Notes: generated by a model not told the origin, from the letters alone. Shown: positions 28,375 through 42,023, numbered from the stretch's first letter. The stretch: DNA of 64,000 bases from Octopus sinensis (GCF_006345805.1 NC_043002.1:22320001-22384000), one strand, 5' to 3'. Program-made: numbers and translations.

Positions 28375-29490
28375 TGTGTGTGTGCAACTGGCACTCCATC
28401 AGTTGCGACGTCGAGAACTCCAGTTGATCCGAACAGCGCAACAGCCTACTTGTGAAATAAACGTGCAAGCGGCTGAGCATTCCGCAGACACCACATAGCT
28501 TTAAGCAGTTCTCAGGAAGATTCAGTACGTCAATGAATGTAACAAAGCTGGCCATTTGAATTACAAGTACAACACATATTTGCCAGCGAAGTGGACTGGG
28601 ACAACATGAAATAGAATGTCTTGTTCAAGGATACAACGCGCCGCCAGAATCGAACACATGACTTTTAGGCCGTGAAACGAACGCCTTAACCACTAACCAC
28701 GCGCTTACTCCTACACACACACACAACACACGTACACACACACATACACATGTATGGTTGAACTGTTTAATCAATGACCGTCTACATTCAATGTAGATGG
28801 CCAATACTTTTGACACAATAAATATATTTAACGTCTCTATCCTACATCTTGAATTCTATACCAGCTGTTTGCACTCTTGTGTACGCGTGTATGTGTGTAT
28901 GGTGTGTGTGTGTGTGTGTGTCTGTGTGTCTGTGGTGTGTGTGCAACTGGCACTCCATCAGTTGCGACGTCGAGAACTCCAGTTGATCCGAACAGCGCAA
29001 CAGCCTACTTGTGAATAAACGTGCAAGCGGCTGAGCATTCCGCAGACACCACATAGCTTTAAGCAGTTCTCAGGAAGATTCAGTACGTCAATGAATGTAA
29101 CAAAGCTGGCCATTTGAATTACAAGTACAACACATATTTGCCAGCGAAGTGGACTGGGACAACATGAAATAGAATGTCTTGTTCAAGGATACAACGCGCC
29201 GCCAGAATCGAACACATGACTTTTAGGCCGTGAAACGAACGCCTTAACCACTAAACCACGCGCTTACTCCTACACACACACACAAACACACGTACACACA
29301 CACATACACATGTATGGTTGAACTGTTTAATCAATGACCGTCTACATTCAATGTAGATGGCCAATACTTTTGACACAATAAATATATTTAACGTCTCTAT
29401 CCTACATCTTGAATTCTATACCAGCTGTTTGCACTCTTGTGTACGCGTGTATGTGTGTATGTGTGTGTGTGTGTGTGTGTGTGAATGTGT
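28375..29490. repeat. ~560-bp near-identical direct tandem duplication bounded by (GT)n
   Basis: gtgtgcaactggcactccatcagttgcgacg at ~28380 and ~28938; both copies run to ctcttgtgtacgcgtgtatgtgtgtatg; each holds a diverged minus-strand SINE. Confidence 0.93.
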
Positions 29491-30039
29491 GTGCGTGTAT
29501 GCGTGTGTGTGTGTGTGTGCGTGCGTGCGCGTGTGTGTGTGTTGCATGCTTCCAGCTGTTGTCACATTCAACAGAAGTCGATTTTACACTCCAGTAATGT
29601 AGATAGCCTTGTCCACATATACATATATATATATACGTATACATGAACGATTTTTCCCTCTCTAACGCATGCAAACACACACGGACACATACAAACACTC
29701 CCGTCCTACACAAACACAGACATACATTCACACACACACACACTCACATACATTTCTATATATTATACATTTACTTTATGTCATTTCTTATGCACTGATT
29801 TCAAACCCCAACCCATGTCTTCCCCCGAAGAGCACATCAATCAGTCACACATAGCTGCGCTCACTCTGTGTTTTATTTGGACACAAACAAGCTGTTTGCG
29901 GATAGTCAAATAGTCAATGTTTTTTAAATATGTAAGTCTACCTTGTACACATGTTTATAGGTACATATTTGCATCTACATACATACATACATACATACAT
30001 ACATACATACATACATACATACATACATACATACATACA

Positions 30040-30430
30040 TGGAAGCACTCCGTCGGTTACGACGACGAGGGTTCCGGTTGATCCGAATCAACGGAACAGC
30101 CTGCTCGTGAAATTAACGTGTAAGTGGCTGAGCACTCCACAGACACGTGTACCCTTAACGTAGTTCTCGGGGGATATTCAGCGTGACACAGAAAGTGACA
30201 AGGCCGGCCCTTTGAAATACAGGTACAGCAGAAACAGGAAATAAGAGTGAGAGAAAGTTGTGGTGAAAGAGTACAGCAGGGATCACACTCCCCCCATCAC
30301 TGCCGGAGCCTCGTGGAGCTTTAGGTGTTTTCGCTCAATAAACACTCACAACGCCCGGTCTGGGAATCGAAACCGTGATCCTATGACCGCGAGTCCGCTG
30401 CCCTAACCACTGGGCCATTGTGCCTCCACT
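30040..30430 (-). mobile_element. tRNA SINE with the same head but a different 3' tail, inserted in (TACA)n
   Basis: Head ggaggcacaatggcccagtggttagggcagcggactcgcgg; tail ...gtcgtcgtaaccgacggagtgcttcc. Confidence 0.85.
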
Positions 30431-30459
30431 ATACATACATACATACATACATACATACA

Positions 30460-30490
<31 letters not shown>

Positions 30491-31014
30491 GTACCAGTAA
30501 AGGCCTCAATAAAATGTAAGCACAACAGACGTGATATAATGATTTGGGACAGAGAAGAGAAACTGTGCACAGTTGTGGAAATTAGCTGAAGATCAGTGAA
30601 AAAGAGAACACCTATGCTGAACTATTGAGAAATCTGCAGTTAATCTATCCAGATTATACGTTCGGGTTTATGCCTGTAATTACTAGGGCCTGGGATATGT
30701 AACACACTGCCTAAATACCAGTCTTGAGAAATTAGGCTTCTCAAAACAAGAAAGGAGAAAGCTAATTCGAAGACTACAGATGCATGTCATCACTGGAACT
30801 GTAAAATTGTAACACTTACCAGAAGTTTAATATTTAGATATATATGAGCATGTCTAGATATGCAACTATATGCATGAGAATACAAACATAAAACATACAT
30901 ACAAACAAAAATACACTGTTGTTGATGTTGAAATTCCAATGAAGGGGCATTCGATCTACGTTAGAAACTGGTTCTTCCTCTATTGGCAAGAAATCTTGAA
31001 ATAAACTGAATAAT
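30491..31014 (+). mobile_element. 5'-truncated R4/Dong-type (restriction-like endonuclease) LINE: C-terminus plus 3' UTR, inserted in (TACA)n
   Basis: Broken translation KCKHNR.DIMIWDREEKLCTVVEIS...EKENTYAELLRNLQLIYPDY...LEKLGFSKQERRKLIRRLQ...GTVKI matches the RLE PD..D/ExK domain; (TACA)n on both sides. Confidence 0.8.
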
Positions 31015-32041
31015 CACATACCTACATACATACATAGATTTTTGCATATATACATATATGTGTGTGTGAATCTGAGTATGTGTAAGTAACTACTGAAACA
31101 GCTGTGTGTAGATGAAGTGCTAATAAGCTTACAAGTAAACAAACATCAACTTTGTTGAGTACATAGACTCTGTCGTTTAAGCAACGGAGGACTCTCCGTG
31201 GTTCGAATACGAAAACATCTCGACTAACTTCGTATGATTCATGCCAGTATTTCACGAGGATATATGACCGCTCATCTTACATAGAAAGAGAAAATAAGAA
31301 AGAGAGAAAGAAAGAGAGAGAGAGAGTAAGTAACATTTGTAGAGTTACTAATAGAAAATGCTATAACACGTAGATTTTCCTGGTTGACATACCAGTACAT
31401 GCGCTGGCAGCACGTATTAATATACTAAAATACTGAAACTTCTGCATCAATAACTCAAGAGCCAATCCGCACGGAAAGAAGCGAGAACGAACAGCCTTAA
31501 CGGATCAAGTGTGTGACACGAAACAATTCCCAGACGTAATAGAGCAAGAACCGCTGTGCATTGCAGTAATCCAGTCTCTGAAAACTGGTTCGAACAAGAT
31601 CAATTTCAGAACGGCTTTTAAGTAATGACAATCGATTCTATCGAAAGTTTTCGATTAAGCCAGCTTGATCAGAGGAGTCAGCATCGTTCCGAGCTCTCTT
31701 TATGGGGAATCACATAACGTAGTGGTGGTCTACACAATCAAACCACCGACAAATGCCAACCTTTTCGCTAACACCATAGAGAAGTGACAATATTTAAAGT
31801 TTGACAAATGAAGTCGTACTGTACAGAGTCGTCTTCCATAATTTTTTTCTTGTAAAGACAGAAGATGGCAGACGATGTAGATATGAAGAAGAATGAAGGC
31901 AACGAAAAAGATAAATGAGAATAAAACATTAAATATGGAAAAAAAAATAATGGTATTTCAAGAAACTATAATCCTTATATTTTAACTATATTTTAAGGAA
32001 CTACTCACACACACACACTCACAACACACACACACACACAC

Positions 32042-32086
<45 letters not shown>

Positions 32087-32805
32087 GGAGACATTCATAC
32101 ATTTTACGTATATCTTCATATATATGTATAGTTATGTTTAAATATAAATGTCTACATGCGTAGAAACACGCACACACACACTCTCTCGCTATCTCACACG
32201 CGTACGCACACACACAGGCATACACACACATGCACACACATACAAATAAAGGAAGGGGCATAGATTCACATTGATTTGAGAAAAATTCTAGGAGAAAACA
32301 TAAGATTACATAGGTGTGTATATTGATGGCAACTGAAGTAGTTGGGTCATTAAATTTGTTGCAAATTGGATGACTCATTGAGAGAAGATGTCTTGCGTGC
32401 AAACAGCTGAGGAAAAGGAAAAACTATGGCAATAAGAGAAAAGAGTGAAAATACAAAGGAATAATCTCCAAGAGCAACGACGACACACGTACATACACAC
32501 TTAATCACGTACACATACGCACACATGCTCACATACAAATGCACACACAAATCTGCGTGTGTATATAGATAAATATAGAGAATCCTTTCAGTTGCTGTGA
32601 CAGTTTTCTGTTTTTTTATAAATATTATTCGACTTGTTTCCAAATTTGATGTACCGATTTAGTTTTGTATGCTAATTATCAAAAAGAAATTCATTTTTGC
32701 TATAAAATAATAAAGAAAACATTAATAGCTTTTAAAGTTTGAAACTCACGGGTATTTTTAGTCAATCGAAATCCACACACACATTGGTGTCTGTTTCCAT
32801 AGTTT

Positions 32806-33130
32806 GAGAGGCAGTTGGATGGAACTTACACTCGCCTCCTTATGAGAGCTCAAAATCTCTCGAGGAAGCGTCATCCAACCAAAGTACAAATATATGGGAA
32901 GTTTGCTGGACATTGTTGTAGAGCTGAAAACGAGGCAATTTCCACTCTTCTCCTCTGGAAGCCATCCACTCGCGATACTAGAGGGCGCACAATCTCCTAC
33001 CCTGATGTAATCTCCAGGGATACAGACATCCAGCAACAGGACCTCCGTAATGCTATGATGGACCGTGAAGTCTGGCGTAGCATAGTAAATTCCATTGTCT
33101 CGACCACGGTTGAACAATGATGATGATGAT
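32806..33130 (+). mobile_element. RTE-X-like LINE 3' end with (TGA)n tail, internally deleted
   Basis: LDGTYTRLLMRAQNLS..RHPTKVQIYG/KFAGHCCRAENE..STLLLWKP...RGRTISYPDVISRDT...AMMDREVWRSIV-stop followed by tgatgatgatga. Confidence 0.8.
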
Positions 33131-33224
33131 AGTAACAATCGAAGCTGTCGTCTGCTACCCGAACCACAATGATCACTACGCGTATTTTCTTTTAGCCTCT
33201 GTGATTTCTTTGATGACGAATTAA

Positions 33225-33318
33225 ACCCTAACCCAACCATAAACTCTAACACCAGCCTTAAACCCTAACCTTAACCCTAAACCCTAACCTTAACCTTAAT
33301 CCTATACTCAACCCTAAA
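33225..33318. repeat. Degenerate (TAACCC)-like interstitial repeat
   Basis: aaccctaacccaacc...aaaccctaaccttaaccctaaaccctaaccttaacc. Confidence 0.55.
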
Positions 33319-35664
33319 TCCTTACCTTTACAGTTTGTCTTAATATGTAATTTTCCACAAATACAATTTCGCTGTGGGTTTTTTCATTTAAAAACAATTT
33401 ACATACCTGTTCGATCGTTTCACATCATTATTCATTAAAACTTATTAAAACTTTTTACAATTTTTGTCGTCATAATGTTTGCTTTTATTTTTTATGGAAA
33501 GTACCAGATTCCAAATCCTGTTTTTTTTTCTTTTGATTGAGTAAAAATTATCCAAATTTAAACCTCTGTATCATTTTTCTTAAAATTTTCTGGAATAAAA
33601 AAATCTCAAAATAGGATTTCATGTGAAAAATTACGTCATTATGCTAAATTTGAAAATGTTCACTTAATTTTAAAATTTCAAAACCTGAGATAGCAACAGA
33701 AAAGATCCAATATAGACAGATAAATAAAAATAATATATATGTATTGTTTGTGCGTGCGCACGCGTGTGTGTATTAATGTATGCATACAAACACATCGCTC
33801 TTTAACTTTTTCTCTCCCTTGCTCTCGCACTCTCTCTTTATATATATAGAGAGAGAGAGTGTGCGAGGGAGAGAAAGAGAGTGAGAGAAATACAGTTGTA
33901 TGTAAACATCGATACACACATACATATACATAACCCCATCACCACATATATATATATATATAATATATATAAAAGAGAGAGATAAGTTATATTAAATCTT
34001 TGAACGAGAGATAAACAATAACAGTACGGAATCGTAAAATATATTTGCCAACTGAATGTGGCGGTCCTAAAGAGGACGGTGTTACTGTTGTTTTTAGCCC
34101 CAGGAAAACATCTCTTCCAGCTGGCCAACGACACAGTCTGTGTCCGATTAGTATTTGCGAGGGAGGTCATCGCTCCCATCTCTTGCCTTACGTGATACAC
34201 ACAGACCCGAGTCTCTGGGCGGTTACCCTTCTTGAGTGAGGTCTTAATTCGTAGCGGTCTACTCAATGATCTGGATAAATTACTTTTTAAATAAACATGC
34301 AATCTCAGTATTATTGTGGAAGATAAAACTCCGCAGGGCACTATCTCATCATCGATAGAAAAATGGCGTCGAGCTGGTCACTTACTAGCTTTTTTTCTAT
34401 TTATTTATGCGCCCTTTTCAAGCCTAGCCAAGCTCATGGGCCCGGTTTCCCGGTTTCTGTGGCGTATGTGTTCCCCACTCAGTCCATCGTAGCGTTACTC
34501 AAGAAACAGGAAGAAAGAGTCAGAGAAAGTTGGGGCGAAAGAGTACAACAGGGGTCGCCACCACCCGCTGCCGGAACCTCGTGGAGCTTTAGGTGTTTTC
34601 GCTCAATAAACACAGAGAACGACCGGTCTGGGAATCGAAACCGTGATCCTCCAACCGCGAGACTGCTGCCCTAACCACTGGGCCATTACGCCTCCACCTT
34701 ACTAGCTTTTATTGACTTTGAATAGAGCACGGATGAATATTTCCTTTTGTCCACAGTGAGAAGTTAGTAACTTAGAACTATTTAATGTGTGTACAAAGTA
34801 TGGCTCAGCTAAAGAAAGCTGTCTAATTTGCATGACGGTGAGTGCAGTGAAAACGTTATTTAATTGATTGATTTAATGAACTATTTCAAGCAGAGTGACT
34901 TTATATAACGAGAAGGCGCATGGCTTAGGAGTTAGGCTTGTTGCACTCACGATCGGGAGGTTCTGGTTTCGATTCCTAGGTCGGCTGTGTCTAGCGTTCT
35001 TGAGTAAAACAATACATTTCACGCCGCTCCAGTCAACTCAACTGGAAATGAATAACCTTGCGACGGACTATCTTTCCGAGAAGGTTCTTTTTCAAAAGCT
35101 AAAACGATGTAAAACGCATTACGACCTGCGAAATGTAACAACGTCCAATAGACTGGTCGATCAAGTTATCACGAAATTTATCTAATAATCACACCAATTT
35201 CAGCCTACCGTAAAATGTGTTTACTCTATTGGTATTAATGTTATAATTATCATCTAAAGAAATATAAAAAGGTAGTGAGCAGGCAGAATCATTTGCGCGT
35301 TGGAAAAAGACAATGCTAAGCGGCATTTTCGTCTGACACTATACTTTGTAACTTTAAATTCCATCGAGTTAAAACTTTACTATACATCGTTTCGAAATAG
35401 TTAACAAATAAGTACCAGTTGCTTCCCCATCCTTTCAAACTTGGTAGCCTTCCGCCAAAATTTGAAACCATTAAAATATTATTAAATATAGGAGATCTGA
35501 ATTTCGGGGATAAACTTCAATTCTTCCACCATCTGTATACTTCTTTTCCTTAACATTATTATCTACCAAATGACAATTTTCTCCATATTTCAAATCACTA
35601 CTTTAATTTCAATCTACTCCGTTGTAAATAATAGCATTTTCTTTTTAAATTTTCAACCTTATTA

Positions 35665-36200
35665 TTAGGTTGTTCCGAAAATAATAGCCGCTCTAAGTGT
35701 TGTGTTTTGAAACGCAATTTTATCATATTATTTTAATTATATTATAGATGAATTTCGACATTCTTAATAAATGATGTATGCTTTTTAATAATTTTCTATT
35801 TATTTCAGGCAGAAAACATTCTTGAAGCATAGGCACCCTTAATTAGGAATATGACAAAAACGGACCTTCGCTTACTTTTCTTGCGTGAGTTCAAGCTTGG
35901 CACAATGTGTCCCAAACTGCTGCCAATATCAACAGAGCATGAGGAGAAGGGTTCACAAGTGATCACACAGTATGAAGGTGGTTTCAGAAATTCTGTAGTG
36001 GTAATGAGAGCCTTGAAGATGAAGAAGGTAGAGGATGGCCATGCAGCCTTCACAATGAACAATTGGAAATAATTGTTGAACAAAACTCACGTCAAAGTGT
36101 CAGAGAAATGTCTCAGGCACTTGGTGTCGGTATTGCAACGGTCTCACGCAATCTGCAGAATATTGGTCAGTTGAAAAAGCTCGATAAATGGGTACCGCAT
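35665..36200 (+). mobile_element. Truncated mariner (Hsmar1/cecropia-like) transposon: left TIR plus frameshifted N-terminal transposase
   Basis: TA followed by ttaggttgttccgaaaataatagc, similar to the mariner TIR; frame-corrected protein MTKTDLRLLFLREFKLG.NVSQTAANINRA...WFQKFCSGNESLEDEEGRG...KKLDKWVPH. Confidence 0.85.
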
Positions 36201-36448
36201 GTACATGTGTACTAGTGTGTGTGTATCTTTGTATCTGTGTTTGTCCTTCAGCACTGCTTAACTACCGGTGTTGATATACTTACATCCTAGTAAATTAGCG
36301 ATTGGATAAAAGAGCTAGATAGAATAAGTACCTGGCTTTAAAAATTATATATACTGAGATCGATTCATTCGACTAAAATACTATAAGGCGGTGCCCCAGC
36401 ATGGCCGCTCACCAATAACTGAAACAATTTACAAGAGAAAAGATACAC

Positions 36449-36509
<61 letters not shown>

Positions 36510-36906
36510 ATTGAGAAATCCATACCTCATATTAATAGATCGAATACATGTAGGCAGATCCTGAAAGTATGCAGATCCTGTTCTGATCTAAGACCACTAA
36601 ATCTCTACTGAACTCTAGGTCTGAAATCTTCAACGGTTGCAAGTATATGTATAAATATGTTTTGAAGAATTGGAAAATTTCGCCTATTCCTGATAAACTT
36701 GTTGATATCTTCCCAATTCTAAGGAGGATAACTCTTTTACCTATATTACTCCCTACTTTTTTCATTTTAGTTTTCGTGCTTTCGTTTTCTGTTTTTCGTT
36801 TAACCTTTTCTCTCTTTAATCTTCCACGTTTTCTCTATGTTGCCTCTTTAGTTTTTTCCCGTTTCTTTCCTTATTCAATTTCTTTTTAGTTCGTTATATG
36901 TGGTTT

Positions 36907-36961
36907 GTGACTGATGAATAATTTTGAGATATTTCTCAACATGTGAAACTATCAGTAGCAC
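36907..36961 (+). ncRNA. Type I hammerhead ribozyme motif, intact core (same family as 21672-21726)
   Basis: gtga-CTGATGA-ataat-tttgaga-tatt-tctcaa-catgt-GAAAC-tatca-GTA-gcac; the downstream ~100 bp matches the reverse complement of 21576-21670. Confidence 0.72.
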
Positions 36962-37062
36962 TTAAAGACATGTATTGTGTCCTTTAAATAAGTAATATTT
37001 ATACCTCTCACCTGATAAAGTACTTTTTTATTCTTGAATTTTCTATTATGGAACAGTACATA

Positions 37063-37101
<39 letters not shown>

Positions 37102-37662
37102 CATATATACAGCCCGACAATGAACATACAACGGCAAAATTTTGCAGCAGACCATCTATCATATCCACTCACTAAAGCCATCCATTTACAAGCAATAGTT
37201 ATCGGAAGATAAATGTAGATTAAATATACGGTAACCGATATCGTACATATATTTCCATTACAATATTTCCAGTACATAGCTTTCCTATTGATGCAATACA
37301 TAATTTTATATGTTGTTACTCAGAAATAGTTATATGTGTCGAATTCATTTCAGCAGGAATTGCCATCCATTGAGTACGATGATAACTAGAGGCGATGCAT
37401 TTAAAGACAGTTATAAATGCAAGTACAGTTTCTTTACATCTTAACATAATAATACAATAAGTAAATGAATTTTGTTTCACTGTTGATTCCATTCCTTTTG
37501 GTTAAATACATACTAAAACAATATACACACAGATACATAAAAGTATATATATATAAATGTGTGTATGTGTGTGTATATCTGTGTATGTGTGTATGTGTTT
37601 GCGTGTGTCTGTATACACGTATATCTATCTATTTATCTAAGTATCTCTCTCTCTCCACACAC

Positions 37663-37770
<108 letters not shown>

Positions 37771-37845
37771 TCGCATATTCGCCATGTTGGACCACTGAAT
37801 ACAACACGCTATGTTCATTCTCTCTCTGTTTATTTCCTCTTATTC

Positions 37846-37881
37846 CTTTCTATCAAAGAGCGTAGGCTCGAAATGTAAAAG
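37846..37881 (+). ncRNA. Degenerate variant hammerhead-like motif (family of 24716-24751; element ~37770-37965)
   Basis: cttt-CTATCAA-a-gagc-gtag-gctc-GAAAT-GTA-aaag; the downstream tail aligns with 24625-24715 reverse-complemented and ends in (TA)n. Confidence 0.5.
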
Positions 37882-38120
37882 ACTTTTTTCCCGAACGTCA
37901 AACTAATACACTTGCTTATTGTTCCTACACCTGCCTTGGTCTTTGTTTTTCTATAAATTTGATATATATACGAGATGCATATATATATATATATATATAC
38001 ACACAAACACACATACACAGACACACACACAAGAGACAGGTGAACAAACGAACGAAAATGGCTGTCAACACGTTTCGTAGGAGTTACATACAATTGCAAT
38101 ACGACTATGCCTCACCTTTG

Positions 38121-38170
38121 TATGACTTACAGTTTCTTGACCGCGTAGGATGCATCCTTCTCATCAGATA
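38121..38170 (-). ncRNA. Possible hammerhead remnant
   Basis: Minus strand tat-CTGATGA-gaaggatgcatcctacgcggtcaa-GAAAC-tgtaa-GTC-ata; core and stems I/III fit, stem II does not close cleanly. Confidence 0.35.
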
Positions 38171-38552
38171 TCAGGAATTCAAATAACTGGAAGCTCGCGT
38201 TTGTGTTTCTGTGTGTGTGTGTGCGTGTAATTGCTTGTTTCTCAGATTTATGTATATATGTAGGAACTGAGATGAACTCAATAATGAATTCAATAAAGAT
38301 TGCATTTACAAAACGATTAACGGATTAAGAGAACTGCCAGAACACGAGTAAATATACATTGTTATATATATTTTATCGACCCTGAAAGGACGACGGGCAA
38401 AACTAGACTTTGCCGGGAATTGAACTCCGAATTGAGGGAACCGGAAAAATTACTGTAAGATATTACCCGAGGCTTGCACTCAAACACATTCAATGACAGG
38501 CGCAAAACCGCAAACACTCAAGCACACGTACGCACTCATATGCATGCGCATG

Positions 38553-38586
<34 letters not shown>

Positions 38587-39376
38587 CACAGGCACACGCA
38601 CAGACACATGCGATTGTGCATGCGTATTTGTGCATGTGTGTGTTTACTGTGCGAAATCATGTGCTGGTGTAAACATACATATTTACACCTATGCACACAC
38701 ACACACATACGCAACACACACACGCGCATGCACACATACACACACATACGTAACACACACACACGCATGCACACATACACACAATATATATATACTGTAA
38801 TGCATACGTATGTAACATATGTGAGTTGCATACGTCAAAAGGTTTGTGAGAGTGACATATATATATATGAATGTATAGGTATATATACACATATATATAT
38901 ACATGCATATATATATATACATGTATATACATATACATATTATGTATATATACATGTATATATATGTATATATATATATATATTTATACATATGTATATG
39001 TATACATATACACATATATATGTATATATATATATATACACACACATAATCAAACACATTTATGTATATGCATATACAGCTATGTATACACACACATGCA
39101 TATATACATGTGCATATATAGAGATATACAGGTGTTTGTGTGCGTGTGAGTGAAATATGATATCGCCATAAACTATATATATACAATAGCAATAAATGAC
39201 AACATACAATATCGTTATCAGGTGACATATGGTTAGGAAATGTTTTATTTTCATTATGTTTTCTCAACCTGAAATATTATCACATGTTAATATACAGCGT
39301 AACAATGCGAACAAGAGTCACTAGTCTATCTCTCTCTCTCTCTCTCTCTTTGCATGTGTGGATAATATATAATATG

Positions 39377-39473
<97 letters not shown>

Positions 39474-39612
39474 GAGAGAGATATGTGTATATAAATATAT
39501 GCATGCATATGTATATATACGTATACATACATATATACATAACACACACATATATATACATGTATGCATATATATATTATATATATATTATATATATATA
39601 TATTTTATGTAT

Positions 39613-39651
<39 letters not shown>

Positions 39652-40065
39652 CATATATAATGTGGGCACACAGACACGCGCTATGCGCGCACATATAATT
39701 ATGTGTGCGAAAGATGGGGGTATATATACAATTAGATTATGCTAGATTATGCTTTGAGACAAAGGACTTATGAACTATAAAATGTATTTATGGACTCGTG
39801 TCTGTTGTGTGTGTGTGTGTGTGTGTTATGGTTTACTTGTTTCAGTGGTGGGGTTGCAGCCATAGCAGGGTAACACCTTGAAGGGTTTCGCCGAACAAAT
39901 CGACCTTAGTACTTTTTGTAAAAAGTCTGTTATTTATTTTATCTGAGTCTCTTGTCACGAGGACGTAAACAAACCAGAACCAGTTGTCAAGCGCTCGCGG
40001 AGGATAGACACAATCATATGCACACACGTACGTCTGTCTATCTATCTATCTATCTATCTATCTAG

Positions 40066-40116
<51 letters not shown>

Positions 40117-40138
40117 ATATATATATATATTATATATC

Positions 40139-40338
<200 letters not shown>

Positions 40339-41295
40339 ACAAAATAGGACAAGAACGCAAAACATCCAGAAGACGATACAAAAAACACGGACAGAGGAGC
40401 CCAAAAAGAGAGAAAATAATTTCTAATAAAAATTCATCAAATCCAGAAATATCCTGCTAGAGCAAGCAATAAGAATATGAAAATAACAAGTGAAAATGTT
40501 CGTTATAGGTATAAAGATATCATAAACAATTATAAAAATGGGGAAAAGATGTTTAAAAATCAAAATTTGATTTAAGAAACACATACGAACATTTCAAAGG
40601 GCAATACAAATATGTAAGAAAAAATTATAATAATAATAATTATAAATTTCTTTACTACCCACAGAGGAGCTAAACACAGAAGGGACAAATAAGGACAGAC
40701 AAAGGGATTAAGTCGATTACATCGTTCCCAGTGTGTAACTGGTATTTATTTAATCCAGCCCGAAAAGATAAACGGTAAAGTCGACCACGACGGAATTTGA
40801 ACTCAGAGCGTAACAGCAGACGAAATACAGCGTGCTAACGATTCTGCCAACTCGCCGCCCTAAAACAATATCTATATGCGTCAACATAAAATTCGCATCA
40901 TATGTTACTAGGGCGCAACACCTCTATTGCAGTAAATTCTTGTTTTATAGCGGTTCATTAACCACTGTGTCTGTATAAACTATATGAGTACACTTTGATA
41001 TTAAACGAGAGGCTCAGCTATTTTCACTTGCCGTATAGAAAAGGAGACATCGGTTTTTGTAAAAACTGAAATGAAAACGAATTACAACAGAATTATTTTT
41101 CGGCGTTCCATAGGCGCAGGTGTGGCTGTGAGGTAGGAAGCTTGCTTGCTTCCAAACCACATGATTCTGGGTTTAGTCCCACTGCGAGGCACATTAGGCA
41201 CGTGTCTATAGCTCGGACTCAACAAAGCCTTGTGAGTGAATTTAGTAGGCGGAAAATGAAAGAAACCCGTCGCATTATATATATATATGTAAAAT

Positions 41296-41700
41296 TATAT
41301 ATTCTTTTACTTCTTTCAGTCATGTGATGGTGGCCACGCTAGAGCACTGCATTTAGTCGAGCAAATCGACCCCAGGACTTATTCTTTGTAATCCTAGTAC
41401 TTATTCTATCGGTCTCTTTTGCCGAACCGCTAAGTTACGGGAACGTAAACACACCAGCATCGGTTGTCAAGCGATGTTGGAGGGGGGGGGACAAACACAG
41501 ACACACAAACACACACACATATATATATGCATATATACGGCGGGCTTCTTTCAGTTTCCGTCTACCAAATTCACTCACAAGGCTTTGGTCGGTGCGAGGC
41601 TATAGTAGAAGACACTTGCCCAAACTGCCACGCAGAAGGACTGAACTCGGAACCATGTGGTTCATAAGCAAACTACTTACCACACAGCCACTCCAACGCC
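41296..41700 (-). mobile_element. CORE-type SINE, full length; a + strand 5' half lies immediately upstream at 41113-41275
   Basis: Reverse complement of the 48819-49204 family. Other partial copies: 27965-28320(-), 39843-40025(-), 44880-45082(+), 53760-54045(-), 63382-63535(-). Confidence 0.85.
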
Positions 41701-41715
41701 TATCATGTATATGTA

Positions 41716-41804
<89 letters not shown>

Positions 41805-41805
41805 T

Positions 41806-41855
<50 letters not shown>

Positions 41856-41976
41856 ATATATAATATATATATATATACCGGAGTAAACACATAAATGTGA
41901 AACAAGGTGGAAAAAAGAGTACTCAAATACCAGTGGTAGAGTAATATGCTTTATTTTAAGCAGCAGAAAATTCAAC

Positions 41977-42023
41977 AAAATCTGTTACTCTGAGTTTCTC
42001 GTTGCCGTTCATCAGACAGTTTT
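41977..42023 (-). ncRNA. Minimal type I hammerhead ribozyme in the PLE 3' region (sense to the ORF)
   Basis: Minus strand aaaactgt-CTGATGA-a-cg-gcaa-cg-a-GAAAC-tcaga-GTA-acag-a-tttt: stem I ctgt/acag, 2-bp stem II with a GNRA loop, palindromic stem III (actc-a-gagt), GUA cleavage triplet. Confidence 0.8.

Noticed and set aside
30935-30980. ccaatgaagg...gaaactggtt and related motifs at 9120-9165 and 9285-9325 as hammerheads
   Set aside because: The core is non-canonical and stems I/II do not close; these segments are better explained as 3' UTR stem-loops of R4/Dong-like LINEs.
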